64,000 bases of DNA from an uncultured Methanolobus sp. (GCA_963675495.1 OY776215.1:1088001-1152000), one strand, 5' to 3'. Shown: positions 1 through 12,488, numbered from the stretch's first letter. Numbers and translations: made by a program. Notes: generated by a model not told the origin, from the letters alone.

Positions 1-274
1 CGGCATAATAGGAAAAAATCTTCCTTCACCTTTGCAGGCTTGCAATAAAACCAAGATTGCTTTTAAAAAAATGGCTTTTTTCAAAATACCGTTGGAAGTT
101 TTCCTTTATTTGACAGTTTAGGACTTCCGGTTAATTTTATAACGCAATTGTTATATTTTTAAATAAGAAATGATTCAAAATGAAGCTTTTCAATGCAATA
201 TTAGTTGGACTTGCAGTGATATTTTTCGTAGTCGTACTAGTCTACTATATTTAAAAACATAATAATACATTATA

Positions 275-532
275 TTATTTTTTATATTGCTTCCTTTTCT
301 TGGCATTCTCTGTGTCTTCATTCATTTTGGCAATTTCTTTATCTGTCCAATCATATTCATAGCTAAGTGTATCTTTAAAGAATAAATACACAAGATAAAA
401 TATCATAAGTATAAAAACACCAAGAAATGCATCTGCATAACCCATATGGCCTTTCATGCCTGCATACAACGCACCCAATCCCGTAAATGACATTAAACTA
501 CTTACTATGGATAGTTGTGTTCTTGTATTCAT
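275..532 (-). CDS. Small hypothetical membrane protein (two hydrophobic segments)
   Basis: 85-aa ORF with GGAG SD upstream, two TM-like stretches and a charged tail; AT-rich. Confidence 0.7.
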   Translation of the reverse strand: MNTRTQLSIVSSLMSFTGLGALYAGMKGHMGYADAFLGVFILMIFYLVYLFFKDTLSYEYDWTDKEIAKMNEDTENAKKRKQYKK

Positions 533-674
533 TTAACAATACTCCAATATGAATTAAATAATAACCAATTGTTAAAAGTTTAAACGGTGGATTTCATATT
601 CATAGTACAGAATCTTCGTTATTTCCTTCATTTGGACGATTGGGAATGGCTTGGGTTAGTTAGGCATGCAATTT

Positions 675-1307
675 TTAAGAAACCCTCCTGAAAATATATG
701 AATTAGCTGTTTTTGTGTAACCTAATCCTTTTCCAAGTTTCTCAAGATATTCTTTTGTAACTTCAATATTCTTTTTTGGAATGAAATAAGATTCAAGGTT
801 CTTATTTGTGATGTGATACTTGCCGCCCTTTACATAAACAACTGCAATAAATTCATAATCAGCATCGATAAATGCCATTCCAGCATCTCCATGGCTGTTA
901 TTTGCAAGCAGAATCCCATTTATTTTCAGATATCTTTTACATGCTTGTGAAATAAAACCAGCATACTGTGAGATCAGTAGGTCGAAGCTCTTTTCATTAA
1001 GGTCAAGTGAGTGCGAATAATCTGCTGATATAAAGTGGAATACAGCATCTGAACTATACGTCTTTTTTTTTGCAATTAAGTCAGCAACTAAATTATTTTG
1101 TTCAAAAAACTTCTTTGATCTTAGATCAGTATCCACATATACAACTTCAGAAAAGAAAAAAGAAGGTGTTATATGGACAAAACTTCCTGGATAGAGAGCA
1201 TTATGAATACTGAATTTAGCTTTCAGTGCTTCAAATAAATCCGCCCTCTCAAAACTATTCTCAACAAAATATTGTATGTAGAGTTCCTGTACATTATCTT
1301 TTTTCAA
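675..1307 (-). CDS. Hypothetical protein, class I SAM-methyltransferase-like fold
   Basis: ALYPGS, VVYVD, FDLLISQYAG and LKINGILL resemble Rossmann methyltransferase motifs; TTG start after GGGTGG. Confidence 0.6.
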   Translation of the reverse strand: MKKDNVQELYIQYFVENSFERADLFEALKAKFSIHNALYPGSFVHITPSFFFSEVVYVDTDLRSKKFFEQNNLVADLIAKKKTYSSDAVFHFISADYSHSLDLNEKSFDLLISQYAGFISQACKRYLKINGILLANNSHGDAGMAFIDADYEFIAVVYVKGGKYHITNKNLESYFIPKKNIEVTKEYLEKLGKGLGYTKTANSYIFRRVS

Positions 1308-1593
1308 GATATCCCACCCATTTTGATTTTTTTATTGCATAAATAGTATAACAGAAATTTTGTTGTTCCAGTTTATCAGTATTCTCCTTTCATGTGCATT
1401 CAAACTTTACATCGATTATGTCAGACCTTCCTTTATTATGGGAAACAGGAAGTAAAAAAACTCCACATACGTCAGTCGCACATCTTGCAACTCTTAATTA
1501 TCCATTCAATAACAGAGTTCGGGATAAAGAAAAATATCAGAAGCATGTAGAAAAAATAGAGGATAAAAGGCTCGTTTGCCTTTTATTTACACA

Positions 1594-1788
1594 TTATTTC
1601 GGAATCTGCTTGTCAGGAGTGACACCGTAGTATTCCGTTCTGGCTTTGCCCCACGGACAACCTTTTTCACCACATATCTTAAGTTCTATGTTCTGCAATG
1701 CTTTGCACAGGCTGTTACCTGCACGTGCACCTTTGCAGATGATGCAGTACTTCTCACAGAATACTGGTGCTTTCTTTTGATCTGCCAT
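1594..1788 (-). CDS. Small Cys-rich hypothetical protein
   Basis: 64 aa, AGGAG SD, CxxxCxxC...C...CxxxxC; directly downstream of flavodoxin on the same strand. Confidence 0.75.
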   Translation of the reverse strand: MADQKKAPVFCEKYCIICKGARAGNSLCKALQNIELKICGEKGCPWGKARTEYYGVTPDKQIPK

Positions 1789-1831
1789 GATAGTTTCTCC
1801 TTATTATACAAATTCAGGATAGGAGAAATAC

Positions 1832-2329
1832 TTACTGTACCTTTGCCTGTACTTCCTTTGCAAACTCCTTAGCTTTCTGTACACGGGACTCATCAGGCTG
1901 TCCTTTTGTGGACGGACCCATCTCACCGAATGCTTTCATCTGCGGGTCGTCTGCCTTGAGCAACATGTCGATAACTGGCTGTGCAAGCTCACCCTGACAT
2001 TCAAATGTACCAAGGACATTTGCACCTGCTGCTGTCTGTGAAGCAGAACCTGTCCATGAGTGGATGGCCTCAAATCCTTCCGGCACAGCATGGGTCATGA
2101 ATACACCAAGGTTCTTGCCTGATGTTTTCTCTGATAAGAATGTCTTTACTTTTGCTGGAATATCGAATTGCATTATAGGGAATCCTACAAATGCAAGGTC
2201 ATATCCTTCAAGGCTTGCGACAGCATCTATTGGTTTGATCTCCTTTTCCCCTTCAAGTTCACCATAAATTGCTTCTGCGATTCTTTTTGTGTTTCCGGTC
2301 TGGGTAAAGTATGTAACAAGTGTTTTCAT
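1832..2329 (-). CDS. Flavodoxin family protein
   Basis: N-terminal YFTQTGNTKRIAEAI FMN-binding loop; GAGG SD. Confidence 0.9.
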   Translation of the reverse strand: MKTLVTYFTQTGNTKRIAEAIYGELEGEKEIKPIDAVASLEGYDLAFVGFPIMQFDIPAKVKTFLSEKTSGKNLGVFMTHAVPEGFEAIHSWTGSASQTAAGANVLGTFECQGELAQPVIDMLLKADDPQMKAFGEMGPSTKGQPDESRVQKAKEFAKEVQAKVQ

Positions 2330-2612
2330 GTGGATACCTCTGTTTCTTTGATAAGTAGTGTATCTCCTATATATTTATATAGATAAGCGTTAGAAAAATG
2401 TAGTTAGTTGGGATAGATACATAAAAATGACCTTCGTGAGGATTTTTATTGGAGGAGTTTCAGATTGATAGCTTCTTCGATATTTTGCAATGTCAAAAAA
2501 CCGCACCCAACATTTTGCCCCAAAAAATAATTATTACTTTCACCCGACTTACCATGAGTTTTTATTGTACAGGTCACATAAAATAATCTGAAGTTAAAAG
2601 TGGGTGTTAAGT

Positions 2613-3101
2613 GTGGAAATTATAAACGAAGCAAAGATAACAGATTTAGAAGAAAGAACCGTAGCATACGTTTCATTTGTTGGCAACTATATAGGTAATG
2701 TCGAGGTATTTGAAGAACTATTCACTAAACTTTGTGGCTGGGCTGGAGCGAAGCAATTGATGGGACCAGATACTCTTTTTTTGTCAGCATATTATGATGA
2801 TCCTGGAGTTACACCCCCAGAGGAGCTTAAACTGGATGTGTGCATGACCATTAGCGACGATGTTGAAGTTGAGGGAGAGGTCAAAAAACAAAAACTTCCC
2901 GGGGGAAAATACGTTGTAATGCGTGCAGAACTGACAGGAACTGAAGAATATGGCCCTGCCTGGGAAAAGATCGTTGAATGGCTGATACAAAATAACCTTG
3001 AAATTGACATGTCCCGGGCAAGCTACGAAATATATTTGAATTCACCTGAAGAGCATCCGGAAAGTCATCATATTCTTGATATTTGTATGCCGGTCAAGTG
3101 A
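2613..3101 (+). CDS. GyrI-like small-molecule-binding domain protein
   Basis: YYDDPGVTPPEELKLDVC, LPGGKY and YEIYLNSP motifs; GTG start chosen from SD spacing. Confidence 0.85.
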   Translation: MEIINEAKITDLEERTVAYVSFVGNYIGNVEVFEELFTKLCGWAGAKQLMGPDTLFLSAYYDDPGVTPPEELKLDVCMTISDDVEVEGEVKKQKLPGGKYVVMRAELTGTEEYGPAWEKIVEWLIQNNLEIDMSRASYEIYLNSPEEHPESHHILDICMPVK

Positions 3102-3204
3102 ATCTGACCCATGGGTATTTTGAAAGATAAAATTATCTCTATTTTAGCTTGAGCTTTGCCAGGTTAAATTCAGTATATTATGAGTTGGGTGTTATTTATT
3201 TCCT

Positions 3205-3450
3205 TTATTTAAGGGAAACTCGAAAATCCCAATTTAATTTATTTTTATTTACAGGTGAAAAACCACATCTTACCATCGCTTCTTTAAACTGCTTATTTGT
3301 GATAAAGAAACCATCTGATGATTCTTCAAAAAGAAGTTTAAGAGCATAACTTGTGTAATTTTTATCTGGTTTTTTTTGCGGGAGTATATTTAACAGTATC
3401 CAATTATCCATGGCTTTTTTTTGAATTTCAGGTAATTCGTAGTCACTCAT
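3205..3450 (-). CDS. Small hypothetical protein of a type often seen in phages and mobile elements
   Basis: TSYALK..FE....FFITNKQFKEAM..CGF motif; GGAGTG SD before ATG at 3450. Confidence 0.6.
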   Translation of the reverse strand: MSDYELPEIQKKAMDNWILLNILPQKKPDKNYTSYALKLLFEESSDGFFITNKQFKEAMVRCGFSPVNKNKLNWDFRVSLK

Positions 3451-3787
3451 TTTATTCACTCCGATTTTTCATAATTTGTCAGTAGGGTATAACTGAGCTG
3501 TATCTTGATTTCCTTTACCTGACAGTCCAGGTTATTAATATAAATCGCGATAACTTATATTGTTCCATTAATTTAAGCAACGATGCACAAAAAGAAGTGA
3601 CTATTCGAACGGATATAGTAATAGTTATATTTTTAGTCCTGATTTGCGCTCATTTTGCTGTGAAGTATGCACTAAATGAATAAATTACTTCTTTTATTAT
3701 GGGAAAACTAGACAAAAAAGACACACAAAAATACTTTCACCCCGCTCACATCACTCATATATAGCCAAACTCCCAATTAACAATCTA

Positions 3788-3892
3788 ATGACAGAATTCG
3801 AGAAAAAAGTAAAGATCATGACCCTGATCCGTAGCATACAAAAAAGGGATTCATCAAGCCGAGATGAAGCAAAAAGGCAAACTCATTTTTAA
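3788..3892 (+). CDS. Candidate 34-aa small ORF upstream of uvrA
   Basis: MTEFEKKVKIMTLIRSIQKRDSSSRDEAKRQTHF*, about 30 nt downstream of a TATA-like CATATATA. Confidence 0.3.
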   Translation: MTEFEKKVKIMTLIRSIQKRDSSSRDEAKRQTHF

Positions 3893-3946
3893 ACTCACGC
3901 AGTTCACCGTAAACTATACCTATTAATCACTTCATGAGAATATATA

Positions 3947-6775
3947 ATGTCTTTAAGCAGCATCAGGATAAAAGGTGCTAAAGAGCACAATCTTAAGAAT
4001 ATTGACCTTACCCTGCCACGTGATAAGCTTATCGTCATCACCGGGCTTAGTGGTTCAGGTAAATCATCACTTGCTTTTGATACTATTTACGCCGAGGGAC
4101 AGCGCAGGTATGTGGAGTCCCTCTCAGCTTATGCCAGGCAGTTTCTGGGGCTAATGGAAAAACCGGATGTCGAGTACATCGAAGGACTGTCCCCTGCCAT
4201 ATCCATAGAGCAGAAGACCACAAGCAAGAATCCACGCTCAACAGTGGGTACTGTAACTGAAATTTATGATTACCTCAGGCTGCTCTTTGCCCGCATAGGC
4301 ATAAGGCACTGCCCCAACTGTGGGCGCATAATCGAGACACAGAGCGTTGACCAGATAGTTGACAGCATAATGAACCTGCGAGAAGGGACGAAAATACATG
4401 TGCTTGCCCCGCTTGTGAGAGAAAGGAAGGGAGAGTACAAGAAACTCCTTATCGACCTGCGCACCGAGGGTTTTACACGTGTGCGTGTGGACGGCGAAGT
4501 TCACTTACTGGAAGATGCCGAGAATATAGAACTTGGTCGTTATTTTAAACATAATATTGACATCGTTGTGGACAGGCTCGTGATCAAGAAAGGAATTGAT
4601 GAAAGACTGTCCGACTCCGTGGAAACAGCACTTGAAAAAAGTGGAGGAACGCTTACAGTTCAGGTCATAGATGGTGAAGAGCTGACGTTCAGCGAAAAAC
4701 TTGCATGTAGCGAATGTGGAATCGGTTTTGAGGAAATGGAACCTGCAGCGTTCTCATTCAACAGCCCGCAGGGTGCATGTCCACAGTGTCATGGACTTGG
4801 AACTTCAATGGAGTTCAACCCTGACCTGATAGTTCCCGATAAGACACTGACACTCAACGAAGGTGCAGTAGAACCCTGGTACAGCAAGAAGGCTGACGGA
4901 TATTACATGCAATCACTCCAGTCACTGGCAAACCAAAAGGGATTTTCAATGGATGTTCCCTTCGAGGAACTAAAACCTGAGATAAAGGATATTATCTTTA
5001 ACGGAAGTGATGAACTGATTCCCTTTGTGCATGTGGGGAAGAATGGCGGAATGTGGAAGCATAAAGGACGCTTCAAAGGAGTTATCGCAAACCTTTCCAG
5101 AATATACGAAGGCACGGAATCCGAAAACAGTAAGGATAGAATGCGCAGATACATCAGCACAAAACCATGTTTGACCTGTCATGGCAAGAGGCTCAAACCA
5201 GTCACTATTGCGGTTACAATTGATGGGAAGAACATCATCGATACAACAGAAATGGCTGTTGAAGAAGCACTGGATTTCTTCAAGGAACTTGAAACAAAGC
5301 TCAACGACAGGGAATATACCATCGCTCGCCTCATACTCAAAGAGATCAAGGCAAGACTCGGTTTCCTGGTCGATGTAGGACTGGATTACCTGACACTAAG
5401 CAGATCAGCAGCCACCCTTTCAGGAGGGGAAGCACAACGTATCAGGCTTGCAACACAAATAGGTTCCAGCCTTATGGGTGTGCTCTACATTCTTGATGAA
5501 CCAAGTATTGGCCTTCACCAGAGGGACAATCTCAGGCTCATTACAACATTGAAACATCTTAGGGATATAGGAAATACTGTACTTGTGGTCGAACACGATG
5601 AGGAAACCATAACCAGTGCAGACTATGTTGTTGACATGGGACCGGGAGCAGGCATACACGGTGGAGATATAGTTGCTGAAGGAACCCCAAAAGAGATAAT
5701 GAAGAACAAGAGTTCCACAACCGGAAAATACCTGAGTGGAAAAGTGAAAATAGACGTTCCGGAAGACAGAAGAGAACCCACCGGAACCATGGTTCTTCGG
5801 GGTGCAAGCCAGAACAATCTCAAAAGCATCGATGTGGAATTCCCCCTGGGAATCCTTATCTGTGTCACTGGAGTTTCCGGGTCGGGAAAGAGTACGCTAA
5901 TCAATGAAACACTTAACAAAGTGCTTGCAAAAAATCTCAACCGGGCAAGAGACATACCGGGCAAATATAGTTCCATAGATGGACTTGAAAATGTGGACAA
6001 GGTCATAACCATAGACCAGTCACCCATCGGACGCACACCCCGGTCTAACCCTGCAACTTACACTAATCTTTTTACGCCCATACGGGAACTCTTTGCCCAG
6101 ACAAAGATGGCACGTGCCAGGGGCTATAAACCAGGAAGGTTCAGTTTCAATGTCCGTGGTGGCAGGTGTGAAGCATGTTCCGGTGACGGGATAATAACGA
6201 TTGAGATGCACTTTTTACCTGATGTGTATGTTCCATGTGAAGTATGCCATGGCAAACGTTACAATAGAGAAACACTGGAAGTAACTTACAAGGACAAAAA
6301 CATTGCCGAAGTTCTTGATATGACAGTTGAGGAGGCCTTTGAGTTCTTTGAGAACGTGCCAAAGATCAGCAAAAAACTCCAGACGCTCAACGATGTAGGT
6401 CTGGGATACATAAAACTGGGACAGTCGTCTACCACACTCTCAGGTGGAGAAGCACAGAGAGTAAAACTTGCAACTGAACTGAGCAAGCGCTCCACCGGCA
6501 AAACCGTTCATATACTTGACGAACCGACAACTGGCCTTCATTTTGACGATGTTAAAAAGCTCCTTGAAGTCCTGCAAAGACTTGTGGATGCAGGTAATAC
6601 TGTAATTGTCATCGAACACAACCTCGATGTGATTAAAACTGCAGACTGGTTAATAGATCTTGGACCTGAAGGTGGAGACCGTGGCGGAGAAATCATTGCA
6701 CAGGGAACTCCGGAAGAAGTAGCAAAAAGTGATGTTTCCTACACAGGGATGTTTTTGAAGAAAATGTTGGATTAA
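3947..6775 (+). CDS. uvrA: Excinuclease ABC subunit A
   Basis: Two ABC ATPase modules ([24 protein letters not shown] twice) and zinc fingers; 942 aa. Confidence 0.99.
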   Translation: MSLSSIRIKGAKEHNLKNIDLTLPRDKLIVITGLSGSGKSSLAFDTIYAEGQRRYVESLSAYARQFLGLMEKPDVEYIEGLSPAISIEQKTTSKNPRSTVGTVTEIYDYLRLLFARIGIRHCPNCGRIIETQSVDQIVDSIMNLREGTKIHVLAPLVRERKGEYKKLLIDLRTEGFTRVRVDGEVHLLEDAENIELGRYFKHNIDIVVDRLVIKKGIDERLSDSVETALEKSGGTLTVQVIDGEELTFSEKLACSECGIGFEEMEPAAFSFNSPQGACPQCHGLGTSMEFNPDLIVPDKTLTLNEGAVEPWYSKKADGYYMQSLQSLANQKGFSMDVPFEELKPEIKDIIFNGSDELIPFVHVGKNGGMWKHKGRFKGVIANLSRIYEGTESENSKDRMRRYISTKPCLTCHGKRLKPVTIAVTIDGKNIIDTTEMAVEEALDFFKELETKLNDREYTIARLILKEIKARLGFLVDVGLDYLTLSRSAATLSGGEAQRIRLATQIGSSLMGVLYILDEPSIGLHQRDNLRLITTLKHLRDIGNTVLVVEHDEETITSADYVVDMGPGAGIHGGDIVAEGTPKEIMKNKSSTTGKYLSGKVKIDVPEDRREPTGTMVLRGASQNNLKSIDVEFPLGILICVTGVSGSGKSTLINETLNKVLAKNLNRARDIPGKYSSIDGLENVDKVITIDQSPIGRTPRSNPATYTNLFTPIRELFAQTKMARARGYKPGRFSFNVRGGRCEACSGDGIITIEMHFLPDVYVPCEVCHGKRYNRETLEVTYKDKNIAEVLDMTVEEAFEFFENVPKISKKLQTLNDVGLGYIKLGQSSTTLSGGEAQRVKLATELSKRSTGKTVHILDEPTTGLHFDDVKKLLEVLQRLVDAGNTVIVIEHNLDVIKTADWLIDLGPEGGDRGGEIIAQGTPEEVAKSDVSYTGMFLKKMLD

Positions 6776-6988
6776 AGTATTTATACCATCCAACACACTC
6801 TTTTTTCATTCCTGTTGCATAAAATGTATAGACAGACATTACAATTTATATATATACACACAGTCAGACAAGTGAGGTTTGTTTTACAAATAGTTACAGC
6901 GAGGTTTATATATTATTTACAGATATTGTATCAAGTGCAAAGACCCGCTTAGCACAGCAAAACCAGAAATCATTGATCATCAAAAAAC

Positions 6989-8806
6989 ATGTACCTCAAT
7001 TACTACTCACTACCCTTATTTGCCCTGGTGTTTATTCTGTGTGCACTGATATTCTATATTCAAAGGCATAAAGATTCAACTGGCACCACCAGTTTTTCAT
7101 TTCTGCTGTTGTCTATTATGATCTACACATTTTTTTATGCATTAGAGATATCTTCGACATCATTGGATTCTGCTTTAATCTTCTATAAACTTGAATATAT
7201 TGGAATTCCTTTCATACCTGCTTTTTTACTTATGTTTATAATAAAATACACAGGAAAAAATCAATGGGTAACCACAAAGTCAATCGTTGCAACCTTTGCA
7301 GTTCCATTGGTAACTATGTTCCTGGTGTTCACTACCGGAAAACACACTCTTTATCACAAAGGAATATTCCTTAACTCTGAAACAATATTCCCTTCCCTGA
7401 CATTTGAGCCAGGTATATGGTATTGGGTCCAGGAATTTTACAGCGTCCTCTGTATCATTTTAAGCATACTCCTTCTGTTGAACATGCGGACAGAAGTCAT
7501 ACCAGCTTTTCGAAAACAGGTATCAATAGTAATGATTGGAACGCTAATACCTTTTTTAGTATTATTGCTTTATCTTGCCAGAATATTCCCGTCTGGTCTT
7601 GATGCAATTCCATTTTCTCTTGCATTTTGTGGTATAATAATTTATTTTGGCCTGACACACTATAAATTATTAGATATAGCTCCTCTTGCACGTAGTCTGC
7701 TTTTTGAAAAAATGCCTGACGGAGTAATTGTTCTTGATGAAATGCAAAGAATAGTTGATTGTAACCAGTCTGCGACAAAATACCTGGAACTTACATCAGA
7801 TCATATTGGAAAAACAGTATTTGAAGCACTTGTTTCATGGCCAGAACTTATTACTAACAAACAGAATGCAGTTGAAAGAAATAACCTTGAAGTAAAAAAG
7901 AGCGTTGGTGGAGAAAACATCTGGTTTAATATTGATTTTTTGCCACTTTCCAGTGAAAATAAAAATGCACTGGGACAAATGATAATACTTCGAAATATTA
8001 CAGAAAGTAAAAAAGCGCAGGAAACATTGCTTGAAACTAACCGGAATCTTGAAGAGGCCACGATCCGTGCAAAACATATGACTGAACAGGCAGAAATGGC
8101 AAACCGTGCAAAAAGTGAATTCATTGCCAACATGAGCCATGAAATTCGGACGCCTCTTAATGGAGTGATGGGGTTTTCTGATCTGCTGATGCAAACAGAA
8201 CTTACTGAATCACAATTATATTACATTCAAACAGTGCATACATCAGCAAATACATTGCTTGATCTGGTAAATGATGTATTAAATTTTTCAAAAATAGAAG
8301 CTGGAAAACTGGAACTTAATCCAGAAAGAACACAACTCATGGAGTTGCTTAAGCAAATTGCAGATATTGTTAATTATAAAGTCCATGAGAAAGATCTTGA
8401 ACTTAAACTGAACATAGCAGCAAACATACCAGAATATATCATTGTTGATGATCTGAGATTGAGGCAGATATTAATTAATCTCTTAAGTAATGCTATTAAA
8501 TTCACTGAAACAGGTGAAATTGAACTGAAAGTGGAACCCTCTATTCTTCATGACAAAACGCATGAAATTGGACTAACATTTTCAGTGAAAGATACAGGAA
8601 TTGGAATCGCAAAAGAGAACAGAAGCAGGATATTTGATTCATTTTCACAGGGAGATGGTTCCATAAGCCGCAGGTATGGCGGGACAGGTCTTGGACTGAC
8701 GATATCAAGCAGGCTTCTTGATATGATGGGATCTAAACTTGAACTTGAAAGTGAAGTTGGAAAAGGAAGCGCTTTTTATTTTACTGTCATTTTGCCTGTC
8801 GATTAA
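6989..8806 (+). CDS. Sensor histidine kinase (7TM N-terminus, PAS, HisKA, HATPase), no receiver domain
   Basis: [11 protein letters not shown]-box, [11 protein letters not shown]-box, DTGIGI and GGTGLGL G-boxes. Confidence 0.95.
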   Translation: MYLNYYSLPLFALVFILCALIFYIQRHKDSTGTTSFSFLLLSIMIYTFFYALEISSTSLDSALIFYKLEYIGIPFIPAFLLMFIIKYTGKNQWVTTKSIVATFAVPLVTMFLVFTTGKHTLYHKGIFLNSETIFPSLTFEPGIWYWVQEFYSVLCIILSILLLLNMRTEVIPAFRKQVSIVMIGTLIPFLVLLLYLARIFPSGLDAIPFSLAFCGIIIYFGLTHYKLLDIAPLARSLLFEKMPDGVIVLDEMQRIVDCNQSATKYLELTSDHIGKTVFEALVSWPELITNKQNAVERNNLEVKKSVGGENIWFNIDFLPLSSENKNALGQMIILRNITESKKAQETLLETNRNLEEATIRAKHMTEQAEMANRAKSEFIANMSHEIRTPLNGVMGFSDLLMQTELTESQLYYIQTVHTSANTLLDLVNDVLNFSKIEAGKLELNPERTQLMELLKQIADIVNYKVHEKDLELKLNIAANIPEYIIVDDLRLRQILINLLSNAIKFTETGEIELKVEPSILHDKTHEIGLTFSVKDTGIGIAKENRSRIFDSFSQGDGSISRRYGGTGLGLTISSRLLDMMGSKLELESEVGKGSAFYFTVILPVD

Positions 8807-9004
8807 GGACAAATAGTTATCGCAAACATCTCCACTAATAGCTTTCACAAGTGGATTTAATGATAATGAAAACTAAGACAACGTTGTTATTTAATTGGTC
8901 TGATTAGACAGAGAACAATTCGTTATGAAATCGTTTCCTGTGTCCTGGAAAAAGTAAAATATAAAATAGAATTATCAAAATAGAATTGCGAAAAAAAGAG
9001 GAAA

Positions 9005-10342
9005 TTAGTTCCTCTTCAGTTTTGCAACTACCATTTCAACCTGCTCCACAGCAGTACCAATGTACTTATCCGGATCTACCAGATTGCTTATGTCCTCTTC
9101 ACTCAGGTAATTTGCAACGTTAGGGTTTGCCAGCAGGACGTCCTTGAAATACTTGCCGGATTCATGAGCTTCCATTGCACTGGAGCGGACAAGCTCGTGA
9201 GCTTCCTGGCGACCAACGCCACGCATTGCAAGTTCTATCATTACAGCCTCACCCATATTCATTCCCTTAAGAAGGTCGAGGTTGCGGCGGATGTTCTCCG
9301 GATAGAACCTTAAGTTCTCGATCACGCCGATTGCGAGTTTTATGATATGATCTGTAAGCACACATGCTTCTGGGAAAACAATCCTTTCGCATGAAGAGTT
9401 GGTCAGGTCCCTTTCATCCCAGAGTGTGTTGTTCTGGAGTTCAGGTTCGACCATGGCACGCACGATCCTTGCAAGACCACATATCTGTTCTGACTTGATG
9501 GGGTTGCGTTTGTGTGGCATTGTGGAAGAGCCAACCTGCTTTTTCCTGAAACTTTCCTCGACTTCTGCAATCTCGCTTCTCTGCAGGGAGCGTATTTCCA
9601 CGGCTACTTTGTCAAGGGTTGTTACGGTGTTTGCCATCCACATGACAAATTCAGCATGGCGATCTCTCTGGATGATCTGGTTTGAAACATCAACTGAACC
9701 AATCTCAAGGTACTGCATTACCTTTTTCTGAATCTCAATTCCGTCTTTTCCAAATGCAGCCTGAGTACCTACTGCACCAGTCATCTGACCGACTATAAGT
9801 CGTGGCTTGAGTTGTTCAAGGCGCTCTATGTGTCTTGCAACCTCGGATGCCCATATGGCAAACCTCAATCCATAGGTTGTTGGAACACCGATCTGTCCGT
9901 GTGTTCTTCCTGCACATACCAGGTTCTTGTGCGTATCTGCCTGAAGGAGAAGTACATCAAGAAGAATGTGGATCTTGTCTTCAAGGATCTTCACAGCATC
10001 CTTTAACTGAAGACCTGTTGCAGTATCAAGCATATCATTTGATGTGGCACCGAAGTGCACCCATTTATCTGCATCTTCCTCACATTTTTCAGACATGGCG
10101 ATAACTACTGCCATCATATCGTGGTGAATCTCGTCTTCAATCTCTTTCACCCTTTCAAGTTCCACAGAACCAATACTGGCCTCTATAATATCTGCAGCTT
10201 CTTTTGGGATAAGTCCAATATCTGCTTCAGCTCTTGCAAGTGCAGCTTCAGCTTTCATGACCTTCTCAAGACGGTTTGCCTCGCTCCAGACAAATTTCAT
10301 TTCATCTGTTCCGTAACGGTATTCTATAGGGTGGATTGCCAT
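9005..10342 (-). CDS. purB: Adenylosuccinate lyase
   Basis: GSSTMPHKRNP signature, HFGATSND, GRTHGQ. Confidence 0.98.
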   Translation of the reverse strand: MAIHPIEYRYGTDEMKFVWSEANRLEKVMKAEAALARAEADIGLIPKEAADIIEASIGSVELERVKEIEDEIHHDMMAVVIAMSEKCEEDADKWVHFGATSNDMLDTATGLQLKDAVKILEDKIHILLDVLLLQADTHKNLVCAGRTHGQIGVPTTYGLRFAIWASEVARHIERLEQLKPRLIVGQMTGAVGTQAAFGKDGIEIQKKVMQYLEIGSVDVSNQIIQRDRHAEFVMWMANTVTTLDKVAVEIRSLQRSEIAEVEESFRKKQVGSSTMPHKRNPIKSEQICGLARIVRAMVEPELQNNTLWDERDLTNSSCERIVFPEACVLTDHIIKLAIGVIENLRFYPENIRRNLDLLKGMNMGEAVMIELAMRGVGRQEAHELVRSSAMEAHESGKYFKDVLLANPNVANYLSEEDISNLVDPDKYIGTAVEQVEMVVAKLKRN

Positions 10343-10530
10343 TTATTAAATCTCCATGATATTGATATATATCTTTCAATTAACGATATGATTCTGGTAT
10401 AGTAAATCTACCAATAAATAGGCTTTGTATGGTTAAAAGAAGGAAAATGATAGCAATGCCGTAACATGCAATCGACTTACTCTTTTATGAGATCAACAGT
10501 TTTTGAAAAAATGAATGAAAACGAAAATAA

Positions 10531-10734
10531 TCAATTCTTTTCATCCTTGAAACCAATTTCAATGTGAGAGCCATCACAAAATGGCTTGTTCTTTGATGAA
10601 CCACATCTGCAAAGTGCCATAGCAGGTTGTGTATCCAGATCCTCTCCTTTTGAGTTAACTAATGTGTTCACATTTTTGACGATATACGGCCCATCTTTAC
10701 TGACTTCAATAGATGTTTCTTCTTTTGTACTCAT
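10531..10734 (-). CDS. CDGSH iron-sulfur domain protein
   Basis: ALCRCGSSKNKPFCDGSH; start moved to ATG 10734 after GGGGT SD. Confidence 0.9.
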   Translation of the reverse strand: MSTKEETSIEVSKDGPYIVKNVNTLVNSKGEDLDTQPAMALCRCGSSKNKPFCDGSHIEIGFKDEKN

Positions 10735-10945
10735 ATTTAAACCCCAGTAAACATCGTATTTTCTGGATAAATACTTACCTAATAAATAAAAAAAGAATAT
10801 TGTCCATAATGTCAAAACAGAATATTTAAATAATAGTACATAGGAAAAGGGAAGAATATTGCAGACATCCTATTTACAATATATAAATATAGGTGGAACT
10901 ATGGAACAAATAATTGATCATAATTCAAAAAAACAGGTGATGTAA

Positions 10946-12142
10946 TTGGTACTTGACACCGGAGATACAGCCTTTATTATCATCTGTACCGCCATGGTCA
11001 TGCTTATGACCCCGGGAGTAGGACTCTTTTACGGCGGAATGGTGCGTAGTAAGAACATTATTTCTATGATAGCCATGTCTTTCGTGGCCTTTGCCATTGT
11101 AAGTATACAATGGGTTACAATCGGTTACACCCTTTCCTTTGGACCCGATATATCAGGATTCATAGGCGGCTTAGACCATTTATTCCTAGCAGGCGTTGGA
11201 ATGGACGGCGACGGAATCCCTGATATGCTATTTATGGTATTCCAGCTGGTTTTCGCAGGAATCACATTGGCAATCCTTACATCAGGAGTTGCAGAACGTA
11301 TCAAACTGAGCTCTTTTATTGTTCTCGGATTACTCTGGACAACCCTGGTCTATGACCCGCTTGCTCACTGGGCATGGGGAGGCGGCTGGGCCGGAGAGTT
11401 AGGTGCACTTGACTTTGCAGGTGGTACCGTAGTACACATCAGTTCAGGATTTGGTGCACTTGCACTTGCACTTGTCATTGGCAACCGTGCAGGATTTGGC
11501 AAATACAGCATGGAGGCAGAGAACATCACAACAACTCTCCTTGGTGGTTCACTCCTGTGGTTCGGATGGTTTGCATTCAATGCAGGAAGTGCACTTGCAG
11601 CAGATGGACTTGCAGTCAATGCTCTTGTCGTAACCAACATCTCTGCAGCAGCCGGGGCACTTACATGGATGGCAGCATCGTGGATAAAGGGTAAGCCAAG
11701 TTCCCTGGGTCTTATCAGTGGAGCCGTTGCAGGTCTTGTAGCCATCACACCAGCTTCCGGTTTTGTCGGACCTATGGCTGCCATCATAATCGGCGGATTT
11801 GCCGGAATTCTCTGTTACGGAGCACTTCTCTTCCGTGTACGCAGGGGACTTGACGAAAGTCTTGATGCATGGGCAATTCATGGAATGGGAGGCTTATGGG
11901 GAGCACTTGCAACAGGAATATTTGCAAGCGCAGCCATCGGTGGAGTTGACGGACTTATCTACGGAAATACACATCAGTTCCTTGTACAACTGCTTGATGC
12001 TTCCGCTGCTATTATATACGCATTCGCAATGACCTACATACTTGCCATAATTGTTGACAAGGTAATGGGACTTCGTGTGACAGAAGAGGAAGAATATGTT
12101 GGACTTGATATATCCCAGCATGGGGAATCTACTACAGCCTGA
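10946..12142 (+). CDS. amt: Ammonium transporter
   Basis: [18 protein letters not shown] and AGLVAITP motifs; AGGTGA SD, TTG start. Confidence 0.98.
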   Translation: MVLDTGDTAFIIICTAMVMLMTPGVGLFYGGMVRSKNIISMIAMSFVAFAIVSIQWVTIGYTLSFGPDISGFIGGLDHLFLAGVGMDGDGIPDMLFMVFQLVFAGITLAILTSGVAERIKLSSFIVLGLLWTTLVYDPLAHWAWGGGWAGELGALDFAGGTVVHISSGFGALALALVIGNRAGFGKYSMEAENITTTLLGGSLLWFGWFAFNAGSALAADGLAVNALVVTNISAAAGALTWMAASWIKGKPSSLGLISGAVAGLVAITPASGFVGPMAAIIIGGFAGILCYGALLFRVRRGLDESLDAWAIHGMGGLWGALATGIFASAAIGGVDGLIYGNTHQFLVQLLDASAAIIYAFAMTYILAIIVDKVMGLRVTEEEEYVGLDISQHGESTTA

Positions 12143-12152
12143 GGTGATATGA

Positions 12153-12488
12153 ATGAAGAGAATAAAAGCAATTATTCGCCCAGAGATGCTGGAAGATGTA
12201 AAGGCAGCACTGGAAGAGAAAGGTTACTTTGCCATGACAGTATACCAGGTTAAAGGACGTGGAGCACAGAAAGGTATCTGCCTCCAGTACAGAGGAACAC
12301 AGATCAAAGTAGATATGATCCCTAAGACCGAAATAGAGATGGTCGTTGGTGATGAAGATGTAAGACCTATCATCGAAATCATAAGAACAAGTGCAAGAAC
12401 CGGTAAATTCGGTGACGGAAAAATTTTCGTATCCCCGATAGAGCTGGTAGCTGCAATCAGAAATGATGACGAGATAGTATCTGAATGA
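12153..12488 (+). CDS. glnK: P-II nitrogen regulatory protein
   Basis: AIIRPE, GRGAQKG, RTGKFGDGKIFV; follows amt. Confidence 0.97.
   Translation: MKRIKAIIRPEMLEDVKAALEEKGYFAMTVYQVKGRGAQKGICLQYRGTQIKVDMIPKTEIEMVVGDEDVRPIIEIIRTSARTGKFGDGKIFVSPIELVAAIRNDDEIVSE

Noticed and set aside
560-670. GCCTAAC right after a stop codon as an integron attC site
   Set aside because: No matching distal GTTRRRY core or paired stem could be identified
10820-10945. NrpR nitrogen operator upstream of amt-glnK
   Set aside because: Several GGAA half-sites but no GGAA-N6-TTCC or other convincing palindrome
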